Source of the DNA: an uncultured Actinomycetes bacterium
GTDB lineage: Bacteria > Actinomycetota > Thermoleophilia > UBA2241
DNA: 64,000 nucleotides
Assembly: GCA_963709345.1 (NCBI GenBank)
Contig: CAVPVX010000007.1
Location: forward strand, 544,001-608,000
Direction of reading: 5' to 3'
Part shown: piece after piece, positions 40,515 to 49,739 of the stretch
How the letters are laid out: each line of letters opens with the position of its first letter
Position numbering within the stretch: the first letter of the stretch is position 1
Translations under genes and position numbers: made by a program
Notes under the pieces: generated by a model
Seen by the model: the letters and a program-made list of their open reading frames with translations, nothing else
Databases searched by the model: none
What the model was told of the DNA's origin: nothing

Positions 40515-41279
40515 TCAGCTCGGCGTCGTCGTGAGCGTCGTGATGTCGATGCGGTTGGCGGGGTCGATGGTGCGGTAGTACCAGTTGCCGCTCGCCGCAT
40601 CGTAGACGAGGTTCCAGTTGAGCTGGTTCGTCAGTACGCGGACCTGCCCCAGCGACTCGGTGACGGTCATGACGTAGCCGGCCGACGGACGCCCCTGCAG
40701 CGTCGCGCCGACCGGCTTGTAGAGGACGCGGTCGATGGGCTCCGAGTACTCCGCCGGGTCCAGCCCGAGATCGGTGTAGCAGTAAGGCGCCCACACGCGA
40801 GGCCACCTGCCGTCGGTGGCGCAGTAGTCGCGCATGAGCGCGATGAGGTCGCCGCTCACGGTGGCGAAGCCGGAGGAGGGAGACGCGGGATCGCCCGGGA
40901 TCGCGAAACCGCCGTCGCTCAGCCGGCCGATGAGGCAGTACGCCGGCGCCGCCGCGACGTAGCTGGAGGAGCCGGGGCTCGCCGCCGCCGAGTACTCCAT
41001 GAGTCCTGCGCCGAACGGATCGCGTGGCCACACGTCGACGTAGGTGCCCCTCAGGACGTCGAGGCTGCCTCTGGGCGGGTACGTGTCGTCGTCGACCGCG
41101 TAGGTCCTCACCCCGACCCGGATGGCATGGACGCCCTCCTTGACGGCGGCGTCCTTGGCCTTGTCTCTCTGCGTGAGGTACATGGGTGTCGCGATCGCCG
41201 CGAGAATCCCCACGACGATGACGACGATGAACATCTCGATGAGAGTGAAGCCGTCTCGCCGTCTCGCCGCTCTCGACAT
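40515..41279 (-). CDS. Type IV pilin/pseudopilin-like protein
   Basis: Class III signal RRDG|FTLIEMFIVVIVVGILAAIATP; SD GGAGGT. Confidence 0.88.
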   Translation of the reverse strand: MSRAARRRDGFTLIEMFIVVIVVGILAAIATPMYLTQRDKAKDAAVKEGVHAIRVGVRTYAVDDDTYPPRGSLDVLRGTYVDVWPRDPFGAGLMEYSAAASPGSSSYVAAAPAYCLIGRLSDGGFAIPGDPASPSSGFATVSGDLIALMRDYCATDGRWPRVWAPYCYTDLGLDPAEYSEPIDRVLYKPVGATLQGRPSAGYVMTVTESLGQVRVLTNQLNWNLVYDAASGNWYYRTIDPANRIDITTLTTTPS

Positions 41280-41324
41280 CACCTCCCCCCCATGGTCCTG
41301 GGTCTTCAAGCCTCCTGGACCAGG

Positions 41325-41350
41325 CATCGACAGATGACCGGCCTTCTTGC
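41325..41350 (-). promoter_or_regulatory. Sigma28 (FliA/WhiG)-like promoter of the pilin gene
   Basis: GCAAG-N14-GTCGATG, about 45 nt before the start codon. Confidence 0.4.
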
Positions 41351-41475
41351 CGGCCCGACTGTCTGGGGCGACGTACCCGGCCGCAACGGGAAGGCCGGCG
41401 GGTGACCGGGCGTGCCGGGCGCCGAGTCGCCCGGGCGCGTCGGAGCGCCGGGCCCCAACCGCGCCGGGGCGCCCG

Positions 41476-42816
41476 TCAGCTCAGGTGATCTTCGATGAAG
41501 TGCGTGTTCACGTCGCCGGCCATGAACAGCGGGTGATCGAGCACCACGCGGTGGAACGGGATCACGGTCTTGACGCCGTCGACGAGGAACTGGTCGAGCG
41601 CCCAGCGCGAGCGCGCGAGACACTCCTCGCGGTCGCGCCCCCAGACGATGAGCTTGCCGAGCAGGCTGTCGTAGAACGGAGGGACCATGTAGCCCTGATA
41701 CACGTGGCTGTCGAGGCGCACCCACGGACCGCCGGGCGGGATCCACTGCGTGACGACACCCGGCGACGGCATGAAGCCCTGCGCCGGGTCCTCGGCGTTG
41801 ATGCGGAACTCGATGGCGTGGCCCTCGAGCGCGATCTCTTCCTGTCGCAACGGCAGCCCCTCGCCGGCGGCGATGCGGATGCCCGTCTTGACGATATCGA
41901 CGCCGCTGACCATCTCGGTGACGCAGTGCTCGACCTGCACACGCGTGTTCATCTCCATGAAGTAGAAGCTGCCGTCGCCGTCGAGCAGGAACTCGACGGT
42001 GCCGGCGCCCTCGTAGTGCGCCGCCACCGCGGCGGCGACGGCGGCGTCGCCCATCTGCCGACGCAGCTCCGGCGTCACCGCCGGCGACGGCGCCTCTTCG
42101 ATGAGCTTCTGGTGGCGCCGCTGGATGCTGCAGTCGCGCTCGCCGAGGTGCACGCCGTGGCCCTTGCCGTCGGCGAGCACCTGGATCTCGATGTGGCGCG
42201 GCGCGCCGATGTACTTCTCGACGTACACGGCGCCGTTCCCGAACGCGGCCTCCGCCTCAGCTTGCGCCTGACGCACGGCGCCGGCCAGCTCGGATTCCTC
42301 CTTGACGATGCGGATGCCCTTGCCGCCGCCGCCGGCGGACGCCTTGACCATGACCGGCAGCCCGATGTCACGGGCGACGACCTCAGCCTCGGCGGCGGTC
42401 TCGATGGTGCCCTCCGAGCCCGGCGTGACGCGCACGCCGGCGGCGGTCATCGTCGCGCGCGCCGCCGCCTTGTCGCCCATGAGGTCGATGCTCTCCGGCG
42501 ACGGACCGATGAACTTGACACCCTGCTCGCGGCACAGGCGGCTGAACTCGGCGCGCTCGGCGAGGAACCCGTAGCCGGGGTGGATCGCCTCGGCGCCCGT
42601 CTGCAGGGCCGCCTGGACGAGCACCGGCATCACGAGATAGCTCTGCGCGGCCGGCGCCGGGCCGATGCACACCGCCTCGTCGGCGTACCTGACGTGCAGA
42701 CACTCCTCGTCGGCCTCGCTGTAGACGGCGACGGTGGCCACGCCGAGCTCACGACAGGCGCGGATGACGCGGATGGCTATCTCGCCACGGTTGGCGATGA
42801 GGACCTTGGTGAACAT
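41476..42816 (-). CDS. accC: Biotin carboxylase
   Basis: KVLIANRGEIA, HPGYGFLAE, GGGGKG, EMNTRVQVEH and RINAED. Own extended -10 TGCTATAAT at 42851-42843. Confidence 0.95.
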   Translation of the reverse strand: MFTKVLIANRGEIAIRVIRACRELGVATVAVYSEADEECLHVRYADEAVCIGPAPAAQSYLVMPVLVQAALQTGAEAIHPGYGFLAERAEFSRLCREQGVKFIGPSPESIDLMGDKAAARATMTAAGVRVTPGSEGTIETAAEAEVVARDIGLPVMVKASAGGGGKGIRIVKEESELAGAVRQAQAEAEAAFGNGAVYVEKYIGAPRHIEIQVLADGKGHGVHLGERDCSIQRRHQKLIEEAPSPAVTPELRRQMGDAAVAAAVAAHYEGAGTVEFLLDGDGSFYFMEMNTRVQVEHCVTEMVSGVDIVKTGIRIAAGEGLPLRQEEIALEGHAIEFRINAEDPAQGFMPSPGVVTQWIPPGGPWVRLDSHVYQGYMVPPFYDSLLGKLIVWGRDREECLARSRWALDQFLVDGVKTVIPFHRVVLDHPLFMAGDVNTHFIEDHLS

Positions 42817-42945
42817 GCACACTCCTTGCCGACGGTCGCCGGATTATAGCAATGACCGAGGTCGCCGCCCGACCTGCCGCCGGCGCGCCCGCGGCCGCAG
42901 GCGCCGGGCGTTGCCAGGAAGCGTAACGCTTTGGCCCGGCGGACC

Positions 42946-42972
42946 CTCATGCGCCGGCCCCCGCTGCCGATA
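42946..42972 (+). promoter_or_regulatory. Sigma28 (FliA/WhiG)-like promoter
   Basis: CTCA-N16-GCCGATA (equivalently TCATG-N14-GCCGATA). Confidence 0.55.
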
Positions 42973-42977
42973 CCCAA

Positions 42978-43130
42978 GTCGAGACCGGGTAGGACAACTC
43001 ACCGGGCTACGGCCCGGCATCTCATCCTCTCTCTCAGCCGGGCCGGTCTCCTTCGATAGACACACGGACAGCCCGCATCCGAGTGAAGGCCCCCGCCGGC
43101 CCGGCGCTCTTCTCTTCCTCTTCTCCTCAC
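42978..43130 (+). ncRNA. Candidate structured RNA E1 (sRNA or leader of the pilus ATPase gene)
   Basis: GAGACCGG(42981)/CCGGTCTC(43043) stem; cUACGg tetraloop hairpin at 43002-43017; two CU-rich tracts. Confidence 0.45.
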
Positions 43131-43234
43131 GGCAGACGCCACGGCGTCGCGACGTCCACCCGCAACCCGCCGGCGGCCCTCGCAGACGAAGGTCGATGCG
43201 CTACACTAGCTCCGCGACCCGGCGGGAGGTACGA

Positions 43235-45271
43235 GTGCCCAGCGCGACCAAGAAGACTCTGGCGATCATCGACGACGACACCGAACTGCTCGACGAGCTG
43301 TCCCGGGCGTTCGCTCTCAAGTACAGGATCGTCGCCGATCCCGGCGACCCGGGCACACTGCGCCTGCTGCAGGACAAGGCGCCGGCGGCGATCATCCTCG
43401 ACCTCGACCTCGGTACCTTCGACCCGTTCGAACTGCTCCGCCTCATCTCCGGCGACTCCGGCCTTCGCGGCACGCCGATCCTCGTGCTCGCCTCGGACGG
43501 CGACTTCTCGACCTTTGAGCACGCGCACCGCATCGGCGCCTCCGAGTTCGTCACCAAGCCGTTCGCTCCCGACGAGCTCGGCCACAAGCTCGACGCACTC
43601 ATCAGCGGCCGCACGCAGCGCGCCGCCGGGCGCCTCAAGCTGGGCGCGCTCCTCGTCGCCAGCGGCCTGGTCACCCAGGGGCAGCTCGACGGCGCCCTCG
43701 AGCGCCAGCACGACGGCGGCGGACGCCTCGGCGAGGTGCTGGTGGCCGAGGGGCTCGTCGACGAGCAGGACATCGTCAGCGCCGTCGCCGGCCAGATGCG
43801 CATCGGCGTCATCGATCTCGCCCACACCAGCCCCCAGCCGGCCGCACTCGGCCTGCTGCCGCGCGACTTCATCGTGCGCCGCCGACTGATGCCGGTCAGC
43901 ATCGACGACGACAGCCTCGTACTGGCGATGACCAACCCGCTGGACGTGATCTCCATCGACGAGGTGGGCATGCGCACCAAGAAGCGCATCGTGCCCGCCA
44001 TCTGCTCCGAATCCGGCTTCGACGAAGCGGTCGCGATCTACTTCAGCTCGCGCGGCAAGCTCAAGGACGCGCGCGACGAAGACGAGGAGGGGGCGCCGTC
44101 CGGCGACCTCGACGCCGACACCATCGAGCTCGTCGACAGTCTGCTCACCGACGCGGCCAGCATGGGCGCCTCGGACATCCACCTCGAGCCGCGCGAGGAC
44201 TCCTTCGTCGTGCGCTGCCGCATCGACGGCGTGCTCCACGAGCTGCGCGAGTTCCCCAAGGACTGGCAGGCCGGCATCACGAGTCGCCTGAAGATCCTGG
44301 GCAACCTCAACATCGCCGAACGCCGGCTGCCCCAGGACGGCCGCGCGTCGTTCGAGCTGTCGAGCGGCGAGGCGGTCGACCTGCGCCTCGCCTGCATCCC
44401 GAGCATGTACGGTGAGAACATCACGATCCGCATCCTCGAGGTGTCGGCGCTGCCGCCGACGCTGGCGTCACTAGGACTCGTCGGCGACAATCTCGCGCGC
44501 TTCGAGAAGGCCTTGAAGGCGCCGGAGGGCGGCATCGTCATCGTCGGCCCCACCGGGTCGGGCAAGTCAACCACGCTGTACACGACGCTCGAGCTCATCA
44601 AGTCGCCCGAGCGCAAGATCTACACCGTCGAGGACCCGGTCGAGCGCAAGATCGACGGCATCATCCAGACGGAGATCAAGCCGGCGATCGGCCTCACCTT
44701 CGCCCAGGCGCTCCGGGCGCTCGTGCGTGCCGACCCGGATGTGATCATGGTCGGCGAGATCCGCGACCTCGAGACCGCCAAGATGGCCGCCGACTCGGCC
44801 GTCACCGGTCACCAGGTGTTCAGCACCCTGCACACCAACGACGCCTCGGCAGCGGTCAACCGCCTCGTCGAGATGGGCGTCCCGCGCTATCTCGTCGCCG
44901 CGGCCTGGCGCTGCTTCGTCGCCCAGCGGCTCGTGCGCCGCCTCTGCCCTCACTGCCGGGAGGCGGCCACGCTCACCGACCGGAAGTGGGAGGATCTCGG
45001 CCTGGGGCCGGCGCCGCGAAAGCGGCTCAAGATCTACAACCCGGTCGGCTGCGCCAAGTGCTTCGGCACCGGCTACCGCGGGCGCGTCGGCCTCTACGAG
45101 GTCCTGGTGGTCGACGACGACCTGCGCGACCTCATCGCCACCGGCGGGAGCGTGCTCGAGATCCAGCGTCTGGCGCGCGGCATGGGCGTCGCTTCGCTCC
45201 GCGATGACGGCGTGGCCAAGGTCCTCGACGGGGCGACGAGCTACCTCGAGTTGCTGCGCGTCACCGTGTAA
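43235..45271 (+). CDS. Receiver-MshEN-GspE/PilB family pilus/secretion ATPase
   Basis: REC (IIDDD, ILDLDL, TKPF); tandem KLG/RLG MshEN motifs; ASDIHLEP, GPTGSGKST, EDPVE, GEIRD, STLHTN and tetracysteine motif. SD GGGAGG and -10 TACACT. Confidence 0.9.
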   Translation: MPSATKKTLAIIDDDTELLDELSRAFALKYRIVADPGDPGTLRLLQDKAPAAIILDLDLGTFDPFELLRLISGDSGLRGTPILVLASDGDFSTFEHAHRIGASEFVTKPFAPDELGHKLDALISGRTQRAAGRLKLGALLVASGLVTQGQLDGALERQHDGGGRLGEVLVAEGLVDEQDIVSAVAGQMRIGVIDLAHTSPQPAALGLLPRDFIVRRRLMPVSIDDDSLVLAMTNPLDVISIDEVGMRTKKRIVPAICSESGFDEAVAIYFSSRGKLKDARDEDEEGAPSGDLDADTIELVDSLLTDAASMGASDIHLEPREDSFVVRCRIDGVLHELREFPKDWQAGITSRLKILGNLNIAERRLPQDGRASFELSSGEAVDLRLACIPSMYGENITIRILEVSALPPTLASLGLVGDNLARFEKALKAPEGGIVIVGPTGSGKSTTLYTTLELIKSPERKIYTVEDPVERKIDGIIQTEIKPAIGLTFAQALRALVRADPDVIMVGEIRDLETAKMAADSAVTGHQVFSTLHTNDASAAVNRLVEMGVPRYLVAAAWRCFVAQRLVRRLCPHCREAATLTDRKWEDLGLGPAPRKRLKIYNPVGCAKCFGTGYRGRVGLYEVLVVDDDLRDLIATGGSVLEIQRLARGMGVASLRDDGVAKVLDGATSYLELLRVTV

Positions 45272-45359
45272 CGCCGAGCGCGACGCCGTCGCCCGCGCCG
45301 GCTACGCTCCCACGGTCTCCCTAGACGCCTGTACCATACGTGCCCGGCACGGCCGGTCG

Positions 45360-45448
45360 ATGCCATGAACAGGAGACCGGAAGTGGCCTGAGAGAGGACC
45401 TTCCCAGTCCACCACAAGACTGGTCGGCGGCGCAAAGCGGGGGCTTGC
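45360..45448 (-). ncRNA. Candidate structured RNA E2 with a sigma28-like promoter, related to E1
   Basis: GCAAG-N15-GCCGAC (45448-45423), then hairpin GACTGGGAAG..TCCTCTCTCAG..CTTCCGGTCTCCT, sharing two motifs with E1. Confidence 0.4.
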
Positions 45449-45513
45449 ACCGCCGGCCGTTCCACGTACGTAGGCCGGCGCCCGCGGCCGGCCTCCGCGC
45501 CCGACGATGCAGG

Positions 45514-45533
45514 ATACCCCCGGTGGGTATACT
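45514..45533 (+). promoter_or_regulatory. CsoR operator overlapping the copA -10
   Basis: ATACCCCCGGTGGGTAT pseudo-palindrome (ATACC..GGTAT with G/C tracts) overlapping TATACT. Confidence 0.8.
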
Positions 45534-45568
45534 CGATATGGGTGCAACGTCGACACGCCCAAGAAGTG

Positions 45569-48037
45569 ATGGACGACCACGAGATCACGATAGAACTGCC
45601 GATCACCGGCATGACGTGCGCCAGTTGCGTGGCGAGGACCGAACGCGCCATCGCCAAGGTCGACGGCGTCGGCACGACCGCCGTCAACCTCGCCACCGAG
45701 AAGGCGACCGTCAAGTTCGACCCGCACGCAGCCTCCACCGGCGACCTGGTCGCAGCCGTCGAGGGCGCAGGCTACGGCGTCGTCACGGCCCGAGCGACCA
45801 TCCCGATCATCGGCATGACCTGCGCCAGCTGCGTCGCCCGCGTCGAGCGCGCCCTGAGCAAGCCTCCGGGCGTGCTCTCGGCAGACGTCAATCTGGCGAC
45901 CGAGAAGGCGACCGTCACCTACGTCGCCGGGCAGGCGACCTACGACGATCTCGTCTCCGCGGTGCGCGGCGCCGGGTATGAGGTCGCCCCGGCGGAGGCG
46001 GGCGAGGGCGGCGCCGCGACGGCGGTGACCGCCGAAGAGGCGGCTCGAGCCGCCGCCTACCGGCGGCTGAAACAGAAGGTCGTCGTCGGCTTCGTGCTCA
46101 GCGTCGTGATCTTCGTCGGCACCATGCAGCCGCACTGGTTCCCCTTCCTGCCGGAGTGGCTGCACAACGGCTACCTGCTCTGGGCCCTGGCCAGCATCGT
46201 CCAGTTCTGGGTCGGACGGCAGTTCTACACGACCGCCTGGTCGGCGCTGAAGCACGGCACCACGACCATGAACACCCTCGTGGCCATGGGGTCGTCGGCG
46301 GCCTACCTGTACAGCGTCCTGGGCGTCCTCTTCCCCGCCTTTTTCGCGCATCAGGGCCTCGGCGAGCCGATGTACTTCGACTCCTCGGCGTTCATCATCA
46401 CCCTGATCCTGCTCGGCCGGCTGCTCGAGGCGCGTGCCAAGGGGCAGACCGGCGCCGCGATCAAGGCGCTGATCGGGCTGCAGCCGCGCACGGCGCGCGT
46501 GGTGCGCGACGGAGCCGAGGTCGACGTCCCGGTCGCGGAGGTGCTCGTGGGGGACCACGTGGTCGTGCGCCCCGGTGAGCGCGTGCCGGTCGACGGCATC
46601 GTCGAGCACGGGGCGTCGCCGGTCGACGAGTCCATGCTCACCGGCGAGTCCATCCCGGTGGCCAAGGGCGCCGGCGACGAAGTCATCGGCGCCACCATGA
46701 ACACGACCGGTTCCTTCACCTTCACGGCGACGCGCGTCGGCTCCGAGACGGCGCTGGCGCAGATCATCAGGCTGGTCGAGCAGGCGCAGGGCTCCAAACC
46801 GCCGATCGCGCGGCTCGCCGACGTCATCGCCGCGTACTTCGTGCCGGCGGTGATCGTCATCGCCACCGTCACGCTCGTCGTCTGGCTGCTGCTCGGACCC
46901 CCGCCCGCGCTCAACTACGCCCTGCTGAACTTCGTCGCGGTCCTCGTCATCGCCTGCCCCTGCGCCCTCGGCCTGGCGACGCCGACGGCGATCATGGTCG
47001 GCACCGGCAAGGGCGCCGAGAACGGTGTGCTGATCCGAGACGGCGGCGCGCTGGAGACGGCCCACAAGCTCGACGCCGTCGTGCTCGACAAGACCGGGAC
47101 GATCACCGAGGGCAAGCCCCGTGTGACCGACGTCGTCCTGTTCGGCGCCGAGGACGGCGACGCGCCCCCCGGCGGCCTGGACGACGACGGTCTACTGCGC
47201 CTGGTGGCGGCCGCCGAACGCGGCAGTGAGCATCCACTGGCGGCGGCGATCCTCGCCGCCGCCGCCGAGCGCGGGGTCGACGTGCCCGCGGCGAGCGGCT
47301 TCGAGGCGATCGCCGGCCACGGCATCCGCGCCGAGGTCGACGGCCACACCGTCGTGGCCGGCAACGAGCGGCTCGCGGGAACCGCCGCGGCGGGATTCGT
47401 GCAGCGTCTTGCGTCCGACGGCAAGACCGTCGTGACCGTCGTCGTCGACGACGAACCGGTCGGAGCCATCGCCATCGCCGACACGGTCAAGCCGAGCTCG
47501 GCGGCTGCCATCGGCCGCCTCAGGCGGCTCGGCCTCGAGGTCGTGATGCTGACCGGCGACCACCGCCGCACGGCGGAGGCGATAGCCGGTCAGGTCGGTA
47601 TCGACCGCGTGGTGGCCGAGGTCCTGCCCGGGCAGAAGGCGGCCGTAGTCGCCGAGCTGCAGGGCGAGGGCAGGCGGGTGGCCATGGTGGGCGACGGCAT
47701 CAACGACGCTCCGGCGCTGGCGCAGGCCGACGTCGGCATCGCCATCGGCACGGGCACCGACGTCGCCATGGAGGCCAGCGACGTCACGCTCATGTCGGGC
47801 GACCTTGGCGGAGTCGCGACGGCCATCGAGTTGTCGCGAGCGACGATCCGCACCGTGAAGCAGAACCTCTTCTGGGCGTTCGCCTACAACGTCGCCTTGA
47901 TACCGCTGGCGGCGGGCGTCTTCTACCCGTCGTTCGGTATCCTGCTCAATCCCATCTATGCGGCGGCCGCAATGGGCCTGAGCAGCGTCACCGTGGTCAC
48001 CAACAGCCTCCGGCTGCGGCGCTTTCGCGCCGACTGA
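45569..48037 (+). CDS. copA: Copper-translocating P1B-type ATPase
   Basis: Two GMTCASC HMA domains; [21 protein letters not shown] and MGLSS. Confidence 0.95.
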   Translation: MDDHEITIELPITGMTCASCVARTERAIAKVDGVGTTAVNLATEKATVKFDPHAASTGDLVAAVEGAGYGVVTARATIPIIGMTCASCVARVERALSKPPGVLSADVNLATEKATVTYVAGQATYDDLVSAVRGAGYEVAPAEAGEGGAATAVTAEEAARAAAYRRLKQKVVVGFVLSVVIFVGTMQPHWFPFLPEWLHNGYLLWALASIVQFWVGRQFYTTAWSALKHGTTTMNTLVAMGSSAAYLYSVLGVLFPAFFAHQGLGEPMYFDSSAFIITLILLGRLLEARAKGQTGAAIKALIGLQPRTARVVRDGAEVDVPVAEVLVGDHVVVRPGERVPVDGIVEHGASPVDESMLTGESIPVAKGAGDEVIGATMNTTGSFTFTATRVGSETALAQIIRLVEQAQGSKPPIARLADVIAAYFVPAVIVIATVTLVVWLLLGPPPALNYALLNFVAVLVIACPCALGLATPTAIMVGTGKGAENGVLIRDGGALETAHKLDAVVLDKTGTITEGKPRVTDVVLFGAEDGDAPPGGLDDDGLLRLVAAAERGSEHPLAAAILAAAAERGVDVPAASGFEAIAGHGIRAEVDGHTVVAGNERLAGTAAAGFVQRLASDGKTVVTVVVDDEPVGAIAIADTVKPSSAAAIGRLRRLGLEVVMLTGDHRRTAEAIAGQVGIDRVVAEVLPGQKAAVVAELQGEGRRVAMVGDGINDAPALAQADVGIAIGTGTDVAMEASDVTLMSGDLGGVATAIELSRATIRTVKQNLFWAFAYNVALIPLAAGVFYPSFGILLNPIYAAAAMGLSSVTVVTNSLRLRRFRAD

Positions 48038-48170
48038 GGCGCGGCCTCGGCCCGGGACGGAGGAGCGACCTAGACCCGTACGTGAAGAGAGGGACGATCC
48101 GCGCCTTGCGAACCGTCCCTCAAGGCGGCGACGATGGCTTGTCTGCTCGTCCGTTCATCTTCCACCACGA

Positions 48171-48239
48171 TCACTTGCGGCGCTTGCCGTAGCGATCCTC
48201 CTGCTTGATGCGCTGTCTGGTGAAGTGCACAGGTCCCAT
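48171..48239 (-). CDS. Unannotated 22-aa basic small protein MGPVHFTRQRIKQEDRYGKRRK
   Basis: Near-perfect SD GAGGAGGTG 5 nt before the ATG; upstream TTTATT-N17-TAGACT; downstream hairpin GAGGGACG..CGTCCCTC. Confidence 0.55.
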   Translation of the reverse strand: MGPVHFTRQRIKQEDRYGKRRK

Positions 48240-48310
48240 GGTCTCACCTCCTCGAGTGACGTGGTTCGCACTAAGAGTCTATCCGCCGGCACGCCGTAAA
48301 TAAACCTTGA

Positions 48311-48328
48311 TTGTGAACTACGTCACAT
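48311..48328. promoter_or_regulatory. CRP/FNR-family or Rex-type operator
   Basis: TTGTGAACTACGTCACAT is a perfect TGTGA-N6-TCACA and has two mismatches to Rex TTGTGAA-N4-TTCACAA. It sits in an AT-rich patch. Confidence 0.7.
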
Positions 48329-48494
48329 AATTCTCGGTCACCACTCCTTCGTGCCGGTGTCCAGAACGGCCAAGGAAGGTCCCAAATGTCAGTTCGCCCG
48401 TCCATTGTCACCCTCGGGGACCTGATGCGAGGATGAATGGAGCAGCGGCCGGCGGCGCCCTCCGTCACGCCGGCCGCCAGGCAGAAGGGGTCTC

Positions 48495-49163
48495 ATGCTC
48501 AGCGTTCTCGACCGGCACGCCATCGGACAACTGCTCCGCACCAAGGAGGTCGACGCCTGGGGCGTCGCCGCCAACGAGCCGCAGCTGCCCCTCGCGCCGG
48601 CGCATCCCCGAGCGATCGCGATCCTCATGCGCCTCGATCCTCTGGTCGTCCGCGGCCTGCGCCACGGTCCGACCCTCGACTACCAGCAGGAGTACTCACG
48701 CGTCAACCAGGCGCTCGACGACGCGACCGGGACCCTGGTCGACGTCCTTCGCGCCCACCACCACGCGGCGAAGCTCGTCCCCGCCACGGAGAACCAGGGC
48801 AACGGCCACCGGCCCTTCCCACACAAGACGGCGGCCACGAGCGCGGGCCTCGGCTGGATCGGCAAGACGGCGCTCTTCGTCTCGCCCGACTTCGGACCGG
48901 CCGTCCGGCTCGCCACCGTCTTCACCGACCTCGAACTGCCGCCGAGCGAGCCCATCCGTGAAGGCCGCTGCGGCGACTGCCGCGCCTGCGTGGACGCCTG
49001 CCCGGCTGGCTGTGGCAGGGACGTCCGCTGGAAGGCGGGCGTGGCCCGCGACCTGCTCTTCGATGCCGCCGCCTGCCGGCACCACATGACGAGCTTCAGC
49101 GGACTCGACGTCGAGATCTGCGGGATCTGCATAGCGGCCTGCCCGTACTCGCTGCGGCACTGA
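48495..49163 (+). CDS. QueG-like (epoxyqueuosine reductase family) 4Fe-4S protein
   Basis: HKTAATSAGLGWIGK, CGDCRACVDACP and CGICIAACP. Confidence 0.82.
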   Translation: MLSVLDRHAIGQLLRTKEVDAWGVAANEPQLPLAPAHPRAIAILMRLDPLVVRGLRHGPTLDYQQEYSRVNQALDDATGTLVDVLRAHHHAAKLVPATENQGNGHRPFPHKTAATSAGLGWIGKTALFVSPDFGPAVRLATVFTDLELPPSEPIREGRCGDCRACVDACPAGCGRDVRWKAGVARDLLFDAAACRHHMTSFSGLDVEICGICIAACPYSLRH

Positions 49164-49250
49164 CGCCGCGCCGCGGCCGCCTGCCGCGGGCACCCGGCTT
49201 CGCTGAGAGACACCTTGTTCCTCCGCCTCCGCGGTGCTACTCTCACACCT

Positions 49251-49271
49251 TATTGAAAGCGGTTTTCACTT
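49251..49271 (+). promoter_or_regulatory. Zur box
   Basis: TATTGAAAGCGGTTTTCACTT resembles the actinobacterial Zur palindrome TATTGAAAATNATTTTCAATA. It lies just after extended -10 TGCTACTCT. Confidence 0.75.
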
Positions 49272-49286
49272 GCAGAAAGGCTCCAT

Positions 49287-49739
49287 GTGACGCTCCACAC
49301 CGACGACATCGCGAGGACGATGGCGGACCACGGGCTGCGCCTCACGCGCCAGCGCCGCGCCGTCCTCGACGCGGTCACCCACGCCTCCTCAAGCGTGAGT
49401 GCGCTGCAGGTCTTCGACGCGGCCAGAGAGACCTGCCCTGAGCTCGGGCTGACGACCGTGTATCGGACGCTGGACGTCCTCAGCGAGCTCGGCGCCCTGC
49501 GCCGCGTCCACGGTCTCGACAACTGCGAGGCGTTCGTCCCCGCCGGCGCCGCGCACGGCCACACCGTCGTCTGCAGCTCGTGCGGCAGCACCACCGAGTT
49601 CACCGACTGCGACATGCATGCGGTCGTCGCCGCCGCGACGCGGCAGACCGGGTACCGGATCACGGAGCACTTCCTGCAGCTCACCGGCATCTGCTCCGCC
49701 TGCGCTGCCCGAGACACCTGCGCGGGGAGAGCCCAGTGA
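49287..49739 (+). CDS. zur: Fur-family regulator (Zur)
   Basis: RLTRQRRAV, TTVYRTL, HGHTVVCSSCG and CSAC; heads the Zn ABC operon. Confidence 0.8.
   Translation: MTLHTDDIARTMADHGLRLTRQRRAVLDAVTHASSSVSALQVFDAARETCPELGLTTVYRTLDVLSELGALRRVHGLDNCEAFVPAGAAHGHTVVCSSCGSTTEFTDCDMHAVVAAATRQTGYRITEHFLQLTGICSACAARDTCAGRAQ

Noticed and set aside
41281-41410. c-di-GMP-I riboswitch before the pilin
   Set aside because: Only a loose GACAGTCGGG match; the GNRA-capped P2 and GCAAA core are absent.
45338-45470. Cobalamin, TPP or glycine riboswitch, 6S RNA or SRP RNA
   Set aside because: Isolated words (CTGAGA, GGGAAGG, CTCTCAGG, GCGCAAAGC) occur but not in the order or strand these families need. Kept only as unclassified element E2.
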